The notes below the pieces were generated by a model. The model did no database searches, was not told the DNA's origin, and was given only the letters and a program-made list of their open reading frames with translations. DNA of 64,000 nucleotides, taken from NCBI RefSeq assembly GCF_004010195.1, contig NC_057736.1, positions 15,808,338-15,872,337 of the forward strand, read 5' to 3'. Positions 49,856-62,931 of this stretch are shown piece after piece. Each line of letters begins with the position of its first letter. The first letter of the stretch is position 1. This DNA comes from Chiloscyllium plagiosum (lineage: Eukaryota). The position numbers and the translations under genes are program-made.

Positions 49856-51324
49856 AGGATTGCTAGGAATATCATCATCACACCACCTCCCCTCTAATGT
49901 TTACAGTATGAAGGGAATGCTGAAATTGTGTCAGTCTTCTATCTTGGGTGGACATAACAGATCTAATGACACAATTTGAAAATCGAACAGGGGAGCTTTC
50001 CCTCATTTCACACGGCCGATATCCACCTCTCAGTCAGCACCTGGACAGATTATCTAATCATTATTTCGTTGCTGTGCACAAAGCCACTGCTTTGTTTCCA
50101 ATGTTGTAGCATTAACCACAGTTTGGATATACTCCAGTGCATGTAAAAGGCTGTGGAATATACGATAATGTGATTGGAAGAGGTACCATGGAAATGCAAA
50201 TACTGCTTACGATTACATTGGTTATCTTTTGATTGATAGATGTTAAATAACATATGAAAATTGAAACTTGGATGGACAAGGCCCAAGACTAGTCAAAATC
50301 CTTTGGCATTTCCTGACTTCTACACCTTGCTCCTGGATCACAGCAGATATGTGAAGGTGGAAAACCCACTAGGTGGGGACGGGATATCAGCGGTTCTATT
50401 TCTCTGGGCTCTTGCGGGTGGAGATCCCAGATTTTGCTGAGACTCCTTGGTAAACCAATTCTGCCCAATCCTTCCACCACCTTGCCACTTTTTTGGTGGT
50501 TGAAAACCCCTCACCCCAAGAGGTGAGGGAAAATCATTGCACATGTATCAGATGAGTGCAAGACAGGAAAAGGCTCACATACACAGCCACAAACTGACAA
50601 CAGCTCTTGAGGGGATTTTGGCCAGGGTGATTTCACTGCACTTAATGGAATATTTAAAGTGTCACCAAAATAACTGCATGTGAGTATGACAAGTCATCTA
50701 GCTGCCAGACAGTTTGCACTGCCAATAGCAGGCTGCTCTGTTGTTCTACCTACATTTGTGACGATTATCTTAACAGAGTAGTCTCTGAACTGACACGCAA
50801 TTGGTGATGTCTGTGTCACAGGGAGCTGAGCTCAGTATCCAGCTGAATTGTCTCTAGGTTGAAGTATGTTCATGTGTGTGTACACACTGTCTCCGGTGCG
50901 CAATACAAGCATCAAGGGTTAGCTTTTATCTGCTGGCAAGCAATTTAACCCAAACTAATGCCCGTTGGTTCTAATTAGGTTCCTTTTGGGTACTTGCCCA
51001 CAGCTCATTACGAAGATAGTTTACATAACCACCCTTTGTGTTCCTATTGAGAAACATTGCCTGCTTTTCTTACAATAAAGTTATGAGAGTGTCATGGTGG
51101 CTCAGTATTAATACCTAATCTGAGTGGTCAATGTCAGCACTCATTAAGGAGCATTGGCATAGATCATGTGCTGAAATCCTAAAGTGGAGCCAAACCCTCT
51201 ATCATAAAGGTAAACAAACATGGCTTGACATATTCCCTTGAGTTTAGATGACTGAGGGCTGATCTGACAAAAGAACTTGGGGAGGAGTCAAAGTTATCTC
51301 CAAATATGGAGAAAAAATTCGGCT

Positions 51325-52053
51325 TGTGAGACAAACTAGGGCAGGACTTACAAAGTTAATGGTAGGACCCTGGGGAGTGTTGTCGAACAGAAAGTCCTAG
51401 GGGTTCAGGTAAATAGTTCCTTCAAAGTCACGTCACAGGTAGACAGGGTGGTGAAGAAGGTGTTTGGTAAACTTACCTTCATTGGTCAGAACATTTGAGT
51501 TGGAACATCATGTTGAGGCTGTATAGGACATTAGTGAGGCCACTTTTGAAACACTAAACATTATTCTGGTCACCTTGCTATAGGAAGGATATTGTTAAAT
51601 TGGAAAGGGTACAGAAAAGATTTACAAGGATATTATGAGACTAGAGTCAGAAGGAGAGGCTGGAGGGATTGGGACTTGTTTTCACTGGAGGGTAAGAGGT
51701 TGAGGGGTGACCTTATAGAGGTTCATAAAATCATGAGCATTGATACTGTAAATAGCAAAGATCTTTTTGCCAGGGTGGGGGAGTTCAAAGCTAGAGGCAT
51801 AATTTTAAGGGGAAAGGTTTAAAAGGGACCTGAAGGGCAACTTTTTCACACAGTGGTGGTGTGGATATGGAATAAACTAACAGAGGAAATGGTAGATGCA
51901 GATATAATTGCAAGATTTAAGACTTTTGGACAAGTACAGGAATAGTAAAGGCCTAGAGGGATATGGGCCTAACGCAGGCAAATGGGGCGTGTTTAGTTTG
52001 AGAAACCTGATTGGTATGGATAAGTCTGTTTCCATGCTCTATAATAATATGAC
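51325..52053 (+). mobile_element. CR1 LINE 3' fragment, diverged
   Basis: LFSLEGKRLRGDLIEVHKIM and a CR1 3' UTR. Confidence 0.88.
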
Positions 52054-52799
52054 TTTATTTTCTTAGATTTTGTGCTAGGCCATAAAGGACTGAAATTAGT
52101 AAGTTAAAAATTAGGAAAACTGAATTTTTTCTGAATGAGAACACAAAGGGTTGTGTGCAAACTATATTTATAAAGGGCTGTAATGAAAAGTAACCAACTA
52201 GGACCAATGGTTATTAGGCTGGGTTGAATTGTATGCCAGCAGATAAGACTTAACCCTCGAATCTTGTATTTCTTTACACAAACAGTACTGGAGATTTGGA
52301 TCTCCGGGGCCATGAGGCTGGTAGATTTTTATTGGGGAGTTATCAAGGGATATGGAACTAAGGCAGGCAAATTGGTTGAAGCTGTAGATCAGACATGATA
52401 TAATTTAATAATAAAGCAAGCCGAAGGGGCTGAAATGGCTCTCTCCAAATTCTTATGTTTCAAATGAAAACATGCACCAAGGAAGCAATCTATCACAGGG
52501 AGACTTGGAGAGAGGGAGGATTGGATTTTGGAAATGGAAATTTGTTTCATTGGTTGTGTCTCAAACTGGGTCGTGAGAGACTGAGCCTTGTTGGTATGTT
52601 AAATGGACAGCGTAGAGGGAGTTCAACTCGGTATGTAACCTGCGATATTTGGAGAGTTTGGTGCAGAAGCAGAGAAATACAATGTGAGAAAGTTCTATTC
52701 CCTGAGTGAAATCCCTCAGATTGCATTGAGAGCAGCCGTGCCTTTGTGTACAAGTGTGTGTTACTGTGTAACGCCTCAACATGTTGATGGTTCCTAATA

Positions 52800-53012
52800 A
52801 AGGTAAATGTAAAATCACCATCATCCCAGTCTCTCTCAATAGGGAGAGATGACTGCTGGTGGTTTAATCTGAGGGTCACCACACCTGAAGCAGGTGGCAA
52901 GGTCAAGAAGGTGGGACCTTCGTGGTAACCTCAGTCACTGCAGGAATTGACCCACGTTGTTGGAATCACGCTGCATCACAAACCAGCTACCCAGTCAACT
53001 GAGCTAACAAAC
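52800..53012 (-). mobile_element. tRNA-derived SINE
   Basis: Reverse complement GTTAGCTCAGTTG..GGGTCAATTCC; same family as 16360-16565. Confidence 0.6.
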
Positions 53013-53381
53013 CGTGAAACAAGGTAAACTGTAACAGACAGATTCTCAGATCTGTGCTAGCAACAGTTTCAAATCCAAATAGAAATCCTGTATGTCATGA
53101 AGTAGACAGACTAATAAGTGAGTTTGAAAGAGTGAGGACGCTTCTTATGGGGATTTCTGTCCTCAACAGTCAGTGTGTGACTGCCTCACGAGTAAACATT
53201 TATGAAATTCCCAGTTAAGAGTCAGGAATGGAAGGATGTCGGAAACTGGTTGCTTGTGAACCATGTATGTGTCTGGCTGTGGAGTTTCCTTGCCAGCAGA
53301 GTAAGTGTCAGTGAGTCATTTTCTGGTGACGTTCATAATGAGTGGTGCATTATGCCCTTGAGTTGTATGTGAAACCAATGA

Positions 53382-53602
53382 GGAGAAAGTGAGGACTGCA
53401 GATGCTGGAGATCAGAGCTGAAAATGTGTTGCTGGAAAAGCGCAGCAGGTCAGGCAGCATCCAAGGAGCAGGAGAATCGACGTTTCGGGCATGAGCCCTT
53501 CTTAAGGAATTCCTGAAGAAGGGCTCATGCCCGAAACGCCGATTCTCCTGCTCTTTGGATGCTGCCTGACCTGCTGCGCTTTTCCAGCAACACATTTTCA
53601 GC
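53382..53602. mobile_element. Penelope-like 3'-end palindrome with two head-to-head hammerhead motifs
   Basis: 94-bp arms 53416-53509 and 53510-53603, no spacer, 3 mismatches; 14-bp TSD TGTGAAACCAATGA (53368-53381, 53603-53616). Confidence 0.9.
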
Positions 53603-54896
53603 TGTGAAACCAATGATCCAACCAAGGCACAGCGAAAATATACAAAATTTCAGTGCAGAAAGAACTCTGTGAAACACAACAGAAACAATCAAAGCTGCTT
53701 CAATTAATTGCTGAGAATGATCCTCAAAGCAGGTTGGTAAGTTATATCCAAGGCCTCTGATTAACTAGCGCCTATTGGCTTTTTGTGCTCGGCTTGCATC
53801 GAAAGTCTGAGAGAGAAATAATTTCCATCAACTGAAAGGCTAACTGACTTTGTTTTTGTTTGCTATGACTGTGGCTGAAAAAATGAAGAACTACCAAATA
53901 AAGAATCTTTTAATGCCTTCAGGATCTCTGGTTGTAAAATGCTTCAGAACATCCTATGACAATGCAGATAATACAACAAAGTTCCCATGAGGAGCAGTGT
54001 GATAAATGACCACATATTCTGGTGAATGAGGAGCAATTGCTCACCAGAACATCAGGAAAACCTTGCTGCTCTTCTTTGAATATTGCGGTGGGGTCTTTTA
54101 TATCCACCTGAGCTGCCCCATCCAGTGATGCAGTACCCCATCAGTCGCCAGGGTTCCCGCTCAACCTCTCTCTAACTGCCAAGGCTGATATGAGATGGCT
54201 GAGGGAATTTCTTCAGCGTTTGAGTAAAAGAATAAGAGACCTGCACTGCCATTGAGATTCAGCTGGACAGAGAGCAGTGCAGAGCTAACTAAAATAGGTC
54301 TCTGGTGCAACATAATTGGGAAGAACACCCTGATAACCATGCCCCACTCTCCCACAAGATGTTACATAATCCCACTGAGATCGCCAGGGTGACCAATTTG
54401 CCTGACAAGCTGCTATTCAGGACAAAAGCAATTCACAGTGGATTTCATCTTTAACAGAAAACAACCTTCTTTATTGTCATACACTTAACGTTAACAAGTG
54501 ACAGTTAAGAAAGAAAGGGTTCCAAATCTATTATTATACAACTTAAATTATACAACCTGTTCTAAAAACTCAAATTCACACACACTCATTCATGACTACG
54601 ATACACCAAAGCAAACCATTTGACACACTTTAGGTGGAAAAAAAATGTAAACTGTGAAAGCAAAATTCTGAAAATTAAAAGTCCATCTTTCAAAGGGGAG
54701 TTAAGTTGTCTTCCGATTCCTTTTTATTTGAGAAATGATCATTCACCGTTGTGTTTTCACCCACATGGAGAGAGAGGAAGAGAGAGGTTTTCAGTTTGAT
54801 GCCTCTGGAGGTCCCTGTCTAGTCTGCACTCTCAGCTTTTTAACAAACTGCTTGTCCCTGAACCATTCAGTGGACTGTTGTCAGGCAGACTTTACA

Positions 54897-55210
54897 GAAT
54901 CAATGAATCATGCAGCACAGAAACAGACCCTTCAATCCAACCACTCCATGCTGATCATGTTCCCAAACTAAACTAGTCTCACCTGCCTGCATTTGACACA
55001 TATCCCTCCAAACCTTTTCTATTCCTGTACTTAACTAAACGTCTTTTAAATGTTGTAACTGTTCCTGCATCCACAACTCCCTCTGGCAGTTCATTCCAAA
55101 CTACTCTCTCTGTAAAGAAGTTGGCCCTCGTGTCTTTTTTTAAAACTTTCTCCTCTCTACTTAAAGTTTTAACTCCCCCACCTTATGGAAAAGACCCTCA
55201 CCTTATCCAT
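54897..55210 (-). mobile_element. CR1 LINE 3' fragment
   Basis: CAGCACAGAAACAGACCCTTC..CTAGTCTCACCTGCC..CTCTGGCAGTTCATTCCA matches the other CR1 3' ends. Confidence 0.8.
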
Positions 55211-56774
55211 ACTTAACTCAAAGACTTGCTGCATCACTCTGCCTCGAAGCAATAATCTCATTGCTTTTAAAAGGCAACATTGTGTGTTCAGTTAATACCA
55301 CGTACCGCTTGATTTTTCTAAAATGCAGGAACCACCCCCCCCCTCAGGTATTTCAGCAATCATTTCAGTTTATAGTCCAAAAAGGAAAAATATCTGCTCC
55401 CTTACATGTAACTCAATTCACAAGGGTTATGACCAAGGTGAGGGTCTGTAAGAGGCTATGGCAAGCGTCAGTTGAGTTCCAGTAGGTTAGTCACAGAAAG
55501 ATTCAAGCTGAACTTTTCAGTGAAAAAGAAAATTGAATTAACTATTGGCCATTATTTGAGATTCATTGTATTTCATTTGAGGTGTAAGGTGAATAGCACA
55601 ATGTTTTGGTTTTGAAAATCCTTGTGATTATAGCAACACTTACTCATGGTTTACTACACCCATGGGTGTGTACACTTAGTTGTCTGATAGACGTTCATGC
55701 AAATTGAGAAAAACAGCATAAAAAGAGATTCTTCCCATTGGCAATATAATATGTAGAATGTTTCTCCGTGTCATTGGTGAGCAACTAGTGGAGTCATCAA
55801 GACAGGCCGTCATGGTGGTGGATACCACCTGAATAAAGCAAAGAGAGCAGCACTCACCTTTTCGTAAGTAAAAGTGAGACCAACAGTGCATTTTAGAGTG
55901 ACAGTCGGTTTGTGACATAGCCCTGCCTGTTGATTACAGTCTGGCCTACCCTGCAGCCTAGGTGGAACGGATAATATATAAAGAGAAATTTATCTCTGTA
56001 TTTCAGATAATGAGTGAGTGATTTTTCTCCTGTCATTTTAAATGAAACATCCCTCTATATAGGCCATTGAATGTTTTAAGGCACAGGTTAGACATAAAAG
56101 TGAAACAACCTTTATATTTTCCCATCAAACACTCACAGGCCTGGTACAGCACATGTCAGATACAAGGTAAAGCTAATAGAATTGCAACAGCTTGCCTTTA
56201 TATAGTACCTCTTAACTTAATAAAATGTCCCAAGGTACTTCACTGAAAAGTTACAAGATGAAATTTGAGACTGAGCTCCTTAAGTGGGTGTTAAATATTG
56301 TCTTAAGTAAGGACAGGGAAATTGGGAGGCAGAATGGTTTGGGCAAGAAATTCCAAACCTTAGCAGCTGAAAGCCAATCTTAGAAATTGAGGGAATGCAT
56401 GAAACGAGAATCATAGCAGCCAAAAGATCTTGGAGGTTTGTAGGACTTGGAAAAGTTACAGAGATAGGAATGGGTGAGGTCATGGAGGGAATTGTCAACA
56501 AGGAAGAGAATTTAACATGGATTTATTTTTGGCCTCAGAAACAATGAGTATCAGTGAGTACGGAGGTCACCAGCACCACATTAAAGACAGGATACAGGTA
56601 GAAGGGTTTCTGGTTGGCAGGTTTTTGTACAAAAATCTTTGATGATCAAAACAGGTTAACAATGCAATTTACAAAGCACATGAGACCCTGAGCTTAATAA
56701 ACAAAGGCATTGGCTCTAAAATAAGAAGAGAAAATGTTGGAGAATCTCAGCAAATCTGGTAGCATCATTTTTTA

Positions 56775-57240
56775 AAATTCAGTTTTGGAGTTTGGGTGTG
56801 GCAGACAGGGCCAGGATTTATAGCCTGTCCCTAGCTGCCTTTGAGAAGATGGTAGAGTGAGCTTCCATCTTGAACCGCTGCAATATATTCTGTGTGGGTA
56901 GACCACAGTGCCATTCGGGAGGGAAATTCCAGGATTTTGATTCAACAACAGTGAAGGAACAGCGATATATTTCCAAGTCAGGATGGTGTGTAGCTTGGCG
57001 GGAACATTTAGTTGGTGGTATTCTTAAGCATTTACTGCCCTTGTTCTAATAGATGTCACTGGTCATAGGCTTGGAAGGTGTCATCTAAGGCGATTTTAGT
57101 GAATCTCTGCAGTGCACCTTGCAGATGATACATACTGCTACTACTGAGCATTGGTGATGGAGTGACTGAGTCTTTTTGGATGTGGTACCAATCAAGCAGG
57201 CTGCTTTGTCTTGGTAGGTATCAAACTTCCTGAGTGTTGT
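56775..57240 (-). mobile_element. Old LINE 3' fragment (same family as 60400-61348)
   Basis: GCGATATATTTCCAAGTCAGGATGGTG..AAGCAGGCTGCTTTGTC; it splits an older PLE-type end at ~56720-56766 and ~57241-57282. Confidence 0.65.
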
Positions 57241-57496
57241 TATGGAGAAAGGGGCATAGTTAACGTATTGAGTCTGATATGATTGAATACAAAACTCTTG
57301 AAGTTATGCTGAACATTTTTTTTTAAAGAAAACACTCGTCCAGCACCAACTGGAGTATTGAGTTCAATTTGAGCCATCAGGCTTGAGGAAAGGTGTGAAG
57401 AAGGCGTAGCAGAGAATCTCACAATTATTGCTGGCAATACAGAGGTACAATTGCATGCGTAGACTGAAAGAGCTGAATTTGTTTTCCTTGGAGCAG

Positions 57497-58743
57497 GGTA
57501 TGTGGAACAATCGTAGGGTATGTGGAACAATAGTAGGGTATGTGGAACAATCCATCTTCCGCAACTACACTGGCCCCACCCCCCATCTTTTCCTTCACTA
57601 CATTGATGACTGTATCGGTGCTACCTCGTGCTCCCACGAGGAGGTTGAACAGCTCATCCACTACACTAACACCTTCCACCCCGACCTCAAATTCACCTGG
57701 ACAGTCCCGGACTCCTCCCTCCCCTTCCTAGACCTTTCTGTTTCTATCTCAGGCGACCGAATCAACACGGACATCTACTACAAACCAACCGACTCCCACA
57801 GCTACCTGGACTACACCTCCCCCCATCCTGCCCCCTGTAAAAACGCCAATTCCTTCGTCTCCGCCGCATCTGCTCCCAGGAGGACCAGTCCAAAATACGT
57901 ACAACACAGATGGCCTCCATCTTCAAGGACCGCAATTACCCCCCCGACGTGGTCGACGGTGCCCTCCACCGCATCTCCTCCACTTCCCGCCCCTCNNNNN
58001 NNNNNNNNNNNNNNNNNNNNNNNNNNNNNNNNNNNNNNNNNNNNNNNNNNNNNNNNNNNNNNNNNNNNNNNNNNNNNNNNNNNNNNNNNNNNNNNNNNNN
58101 NNNNNNNNNNNNNNNNNNNNNNNNNNNNNNNNNNNNNNNNNNNNNNNNNNNNNNNNNNNNNNNNNNNNNNNNNNNNNNNNNNNNNNNNNNNNNNNNNNNN
58201 NNNNNNNNNNNNNNNNNNNNNNNNNNNNNNNNNNNNNNNNNNNNNNNNNNNNNNNNNNNNNNNNNNNNNNNNNNNNNNNNNNNNNNNNNNNNNNNNNNNN
58301 NNNNNNNNNNNNNNNNNNNNNNNNNNNNNNNNNNNNNNNNNNNNNNNNNNNNNNNNNNNNNNNNNNNNNNNNNNNNNNNNNNNNNNNNNNNNNNNNNNNN
58401 NNNNNNNNNNNNNNNNNNNNNNNNNNNNNNNNNNNNNNNNNNNNNNNNNNNNNNNNNNNNNNNNNNNNNNNNNNNNNNNNNNNNNNNNNNNNNNNNNNNN
58501 NNNNNNNNNNNNNNNNNNNNNNNNNNNNNNNNNNNNNNNNNNNNNNNNNNNNNNNNNNNNNNNNNNNNNNNNNNNNNNNNNNNNNNNNNNNNNNNNNNNN
58601 NNNNNNNNNNNNNNNNNNNNNNNNNNNNNNNNNNNNNNNNNNNNNNNNNNNNNNNNNNNNNNNNNNNNNNNNNNNNNCTGACCTGCTGTGCTGTTCCAGC
58701 AATAAAGTTTCAACTTTGATCTCCAGCATCTGCAGACCTCACT
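57497..58743 (+). mobile_element. Penelope-like element, 5'-truncated RT region plus 3' end (spans the gap)
   Basis: VGYVEQ..FLHYIDD..LKFT..LPFLD..TDIYYKPTDSHSYLDY.S.HP is a PLE-type RT C-terminal half; 15-bp TSD TTTTCCTTGGAGCAG at 57482-57496 and 58744-58758. Confidence 0.9.
57996..58677. other. Assembly gap (682 N)
   Basis: Run of N. Confidence 1.
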
Positions 58744-60399
58744 TTTTCCTTGGAGCAGAGAAGGCTAAGAGGAAACATACTAGAAGTGTTTTAAATCATG
58801 AAGGATTAGCTGTAGTAAAAATAACCTGTTCAGTGGCTGAAGGGTCAGTAACCAGAGGGGAGAGATTTCAGATGATTGTCCCTCATTTTTTGCCAATGTA
58901 AGGAAAAGCATTTTTACATGACAAATGGTTGTGGCTGATAGGGTTGTAGTAATAGATTTAGTAGCTTTCAAAATGGAAAAGAATACTTACTGCGAGAGGG
59001 GGAAAGTGGGACTACTGGATTGTTCTTTGAAAGAACCATTATAAAGTCAATTCTTACTGTGCTGCACTGTTATGATTTATATTCCATGGAGGGTGCATAA
59101 TATATTTCAAACATGTAGCAGGACATTGAAATTTAAATTGGACTATGGTCTACATGAGAAACCCTAGCTGCCAGGGACGGCCAGAAGAGGTTGTAAACAA
59201 TGTTCAAAGATTGCGACAGGCTTGAAGTTCTCAGAAGTCCAATTGTATCATAAAATAGAAAGCTCCAGTCAGTTGGAGCGTAAACAGGAAGCTGCTTGTT
59301 CCTTTGAATTTGCTCAACTAATATAGTTACTATGCCCTGTCAGTTTTTCTGTTTGTTGCTGTGCGTGGGGATTTCCTTCACTGCAGTGATAGCTGCTGTT
59401 GGGTTACTGGCACTGAAGCACTCACAATCCCCCAGTGTTTCCTATTCGCAGATCCAGATAGGTTCAATGCATGGGCTGCGAACCACAGGAAAGCAAAACA
59501 AAATAACTTTGTATAGATGCTACAGAAATGCAATCTTAAGACATCCCAAAGCGCTTCACAGAAAACAAGGCAAGTTTGAAGGATGGTCACTGCTGTGTTT
59601 TGCAAAATACAGCAACCAATTTCTGCACAGCAATATCAGACAAAGAGCACAACATAATTTTGTTTTAATGATATTGATTGAGCAGTAATACTGGCCAGGA
59701 CATTCTGGAGATTTGCCTGTTGTCACCCTGTGATCTTTAGCATCCATCGGAGCAGGTAGACAGTACCTGGGTTTCAAGTCAAAACTGAAAAAGGGCACCT
59801 AAAGCAGAGCAGCAATCTTTGAATCCTTATGGTCTTGGAAGTGTTGACCTGGATCTTTCATTGGAGTTTCTGAAGTGGGTCCTGACTCCATGGCCTTCTG
59901 ACGCTGAAGTGAGAATGTGTTTCTCTGGGAAACAGCTCACATCAGACTAAAGTTCTCCTCTCCTTTGAATTTTAACATATTCCACATAATATTTAACCAG
60001 AAACAGCTTCAGACCAGCATTCCTAGCTTTCTAATATTATCTGACAGTTTCCGGAAATCTGAAGAGCAATCTGAAGAAATCCTGGGGAAAAGACCCAGAG
60101 GTGCTAAATATTTGAGTATTATCATTTTCTTCGAGTACATTCAGTTATTGTGTAACTTTACCTCAGACACGACAAATTACTTTCGACTCTAAATCTGCAA
60201 CCTTACTAACTGCAGTCAATGCCTGCAATTTGCTTCTCCCAAAACATGTCAAATGTCACTTTCCTGCTGCTCCCCTAACCATCAGATGTTCCTCTGTTTC
60301 AAGCAATTATTGAAAACCTTTTGGAAAAAAAATTTATGGTCTCACCATATTTTGTGACTGAATATTCCACATTCTATCCACCCTCTGTGTTATTTTTTC

Positions 60400-61348
60400 C
60401 ACATAATGTGCCATGAAGCAGCCTCAGGCAAAACTGGTGTTAATTGGAATTGGGGGCAAACTCTCCGCTAGTTGGAGTCAAACCTGGCACATGCAAAGAT
60501 GGTTGTGGTTATTAGAGGTCAGACATCTCAGCTGCAGAATATCTTTGTAAGAGTTCCTCAGGGTAGTGTCCTCGGTTCAATTATCCTCATCTTTGTGTCC
60601 AAATGCAATAAGACCTGGACAATATCCAGGCTTGGGTTGAAAAGTGGCAAGTTACATCTGTGTCACATAAATACCAGGCAATGATCATTCCTATTAACAG
60701 TCAATATAACTACTGTTTCTTGATATTCAATGATGGTATCATCACTGAATCCCTCACTATTAACATCCTGGTGTTCACCTTTGATCAGAACCACCATTGA
60801 ACTTGACTTGCCATATCAATAGTGTCCACAAGAGCAAGTCAAAGACTAGGAATACTGCAGCGAGTGACTCACCTGACTCCCTAAAGCCTGTCCACCATCT
60901 AAAAGGCACAAATCAGGGTGTGAGAGAATACTCTCTAATTGCCTGGATGAGTACAGTTCCAACAGCACTCGAGAAGCTTGGCACCATCCAGGACAAAACA
61001 GCCGACTTGATTGGCACACATCCACAAACATTCAATCACTCTACTATGAACACTCAGTTGCAGCAGTGTATACTATTGACACTCAGTAGCAGCAGTGTAT
61101 ACTTTGGGGACACTCAGTAGCAGCAGTGTATACTTTGGGGACACTCAGTAGCAGCAGTGTATACTATGGGGACACTCAGTAGCAGCAGTGTATACTATCG
61201 ACAAGATGCGCTGCAGAAATTTGCCAAAGGTCACGATCAGCACTTTCCAAATGAATAATCACATCTACCTAGAAGTACAAGGGCAGCAAATACAGGGGAA
61301 CACCACCACCCGCAACTTCCCCTCCAAACCTCTCACTATCCTGACTTG
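60400..61348 (+). mobile_element. Old LINE RT/3' region (CR1/L2-group)
   Basis: VPQGSVLG motif and EYS..AWM..PT.LEKL.TIQDK C-terminal motif. Confidence 0.75.
61050..61198. repeat. Minisatellite, ~31-bp unit x5
   Basis: Tandem copies of GACACTCAGTAGCAGCAGTGTATACT(T/A)TGGG. Confidence 0.95.
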
Positions 61349-61588
61349 GTTAAAAATCACACAACACCAGGTTATAGTCCAACAGATTTATTTGGAAGTA
61401 TAAGCTTTTGGAGCACTGTTGCTTTGTCAGGTAGCTAGTGGGGCAAGATCATAGAACACAGAATTTATAGTAAATGATCATAGTGTCACACAACTGATGT
61501 GATATAATGAACAAACCTAGCTTGTTGTTAAGTTTTTCATCTTTTAGAATGGGTTGCAGGTTTTGATTCATTAATATGTAAATCCCAG
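61349..61588 (-). mobile_element. Penelope-like 3' end (family 2)
   Basis: AAAATCACACAACACCAGGTTATAGTCCAACAG.. is the reverse complement of 13795-13828. Confidence 0.75.
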
Positions 61589-62931
61589 TGGTCAGGGACA
61601 TTTGGTCTTGGATCTTCGGCTGAGCAAGCTGATGTGAAGGTGTGTGCAAAGTCACACTATTCAAACAGGGAAATTCAGGTTGACGTTTCATTTTTACGTC
61701 ATTGTTTAAACAGCAGATGAATGATTGCTCATGATTTATGTCACCAGCAACAGAAAGCCCACAAAATAATTTATTGTTAAGAATAAAGCCTATAGCTAAG
61801 CCATAGCCCAAAGGATAAAAGAGGCTAGATCTCAGTATCATGAAAGATATGTTTCTTATGAAAAGCAACAATTAGTCATCCTGAATGACTGACTGGAATT
61901 TTTAAAATTCCTACAATTCAGAAGATGTTCTTACAGGAGTCTAATTCCCCTTTTTAATTACTTTTGTTAGAAAAAAGTGGTCAAGTGCTCAAGAGATGAT
62001 GTTGGCAAAAACCTTGTCAAATCAATATCCTGCTCCCAATTAACTGTCAACAGGGTCAAATTTGAAAGTAGTTTTAATAGCATAATGATCTATGTTCTCC
62101 AAGTCAATTCTATTACAAAATTATATTTATCCATTTTGAAATGTAGCTTGGTGTAACCTGTGATAACGTGTAGTTTCCTGGCCGCATTAGCAATGTGTAA
62201 AATGTCAGAGGAATGCACCAAAGCTCCGTTTTGCTTTACAACGACAAATCTGAGTAGCAGCCTCCTTTTCTCTGGATCAGGAAGCATGGGTTCAAACCTT
62301 ACCTATACCCAGAGATGCATCATAAAATGGCTGGACAGGCTGATTAAAAAATAATTTTATAATCTCAATTGATTGTGTGTCTAATTCCTTCCCCGACCAC
62401 TCTCCAATGGCTTTGGATTTTTATTTCAATTCATCCATACCATATCCTGAAAATAACTTTATCCAACTTCTTCAACATAGTAGAAATATCTGCAGGCACT
62501 TCAGAATGCAATTGTACAAGTTTGTGAAACTGACAACACACTCCTTGTCACTGAGTTCCAGAAGGAAATGTTAGGACTTGTTGGTTAAAGAGATAGGTGT
62601 TAAGGGACATCTCAGAAAGGAAAGGAGAGGAGGAAGGATTGAGAGAAGGAATTTCAGAGCTATGGCCCTTGTAGCTAAAGGCATGGACAATTATAATTGG
62701 AAGTCAGAGCTGGAGTATCACAGAGATCCTTGGTCGCTGGAGAAAACTTCAAAAGAAGAAAGTAGCAAGAGAATTGAGAAAATTGAAAATAAGGATGGGA
62801 ACTATATATATGCCAGTTGGGAGTCATGTTGGCAAGTGAGCACTAGATGAAGATGGTTATTTGAACAAGTTTGCAGGCAGCAGAGTTTGTTCGATTTATG
62901 GAGGGTGGACAATAGGGAAACCAGCAAGGTT

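Larger units (their letters stand above)
57290..59080 (+). mobile_element. Old CR1 3' fragment split by a PLE insertion
   Basis: RLKELNLFSLEQ|RRLRG continues across the insertion TSD. Confidence 0.75.

Noticed and set aside
54360-55432. Possible solo LTR with a CR1 inserted
   Set aside because: Only weak terminal similarity and no clear TSD
57428-58729. Long ORFs of 268-417 aa
   Set aside because: Their length is an artefact of translating through 682 Ns; the real part is a CR1/PLE RT fusion created by insertion
61050-61198. CRISPR-like array (31-bp repeats)
   Set aside because: Units are head-to-tail with no unique spacers, there are no cas genes, and the context is eukaryotic
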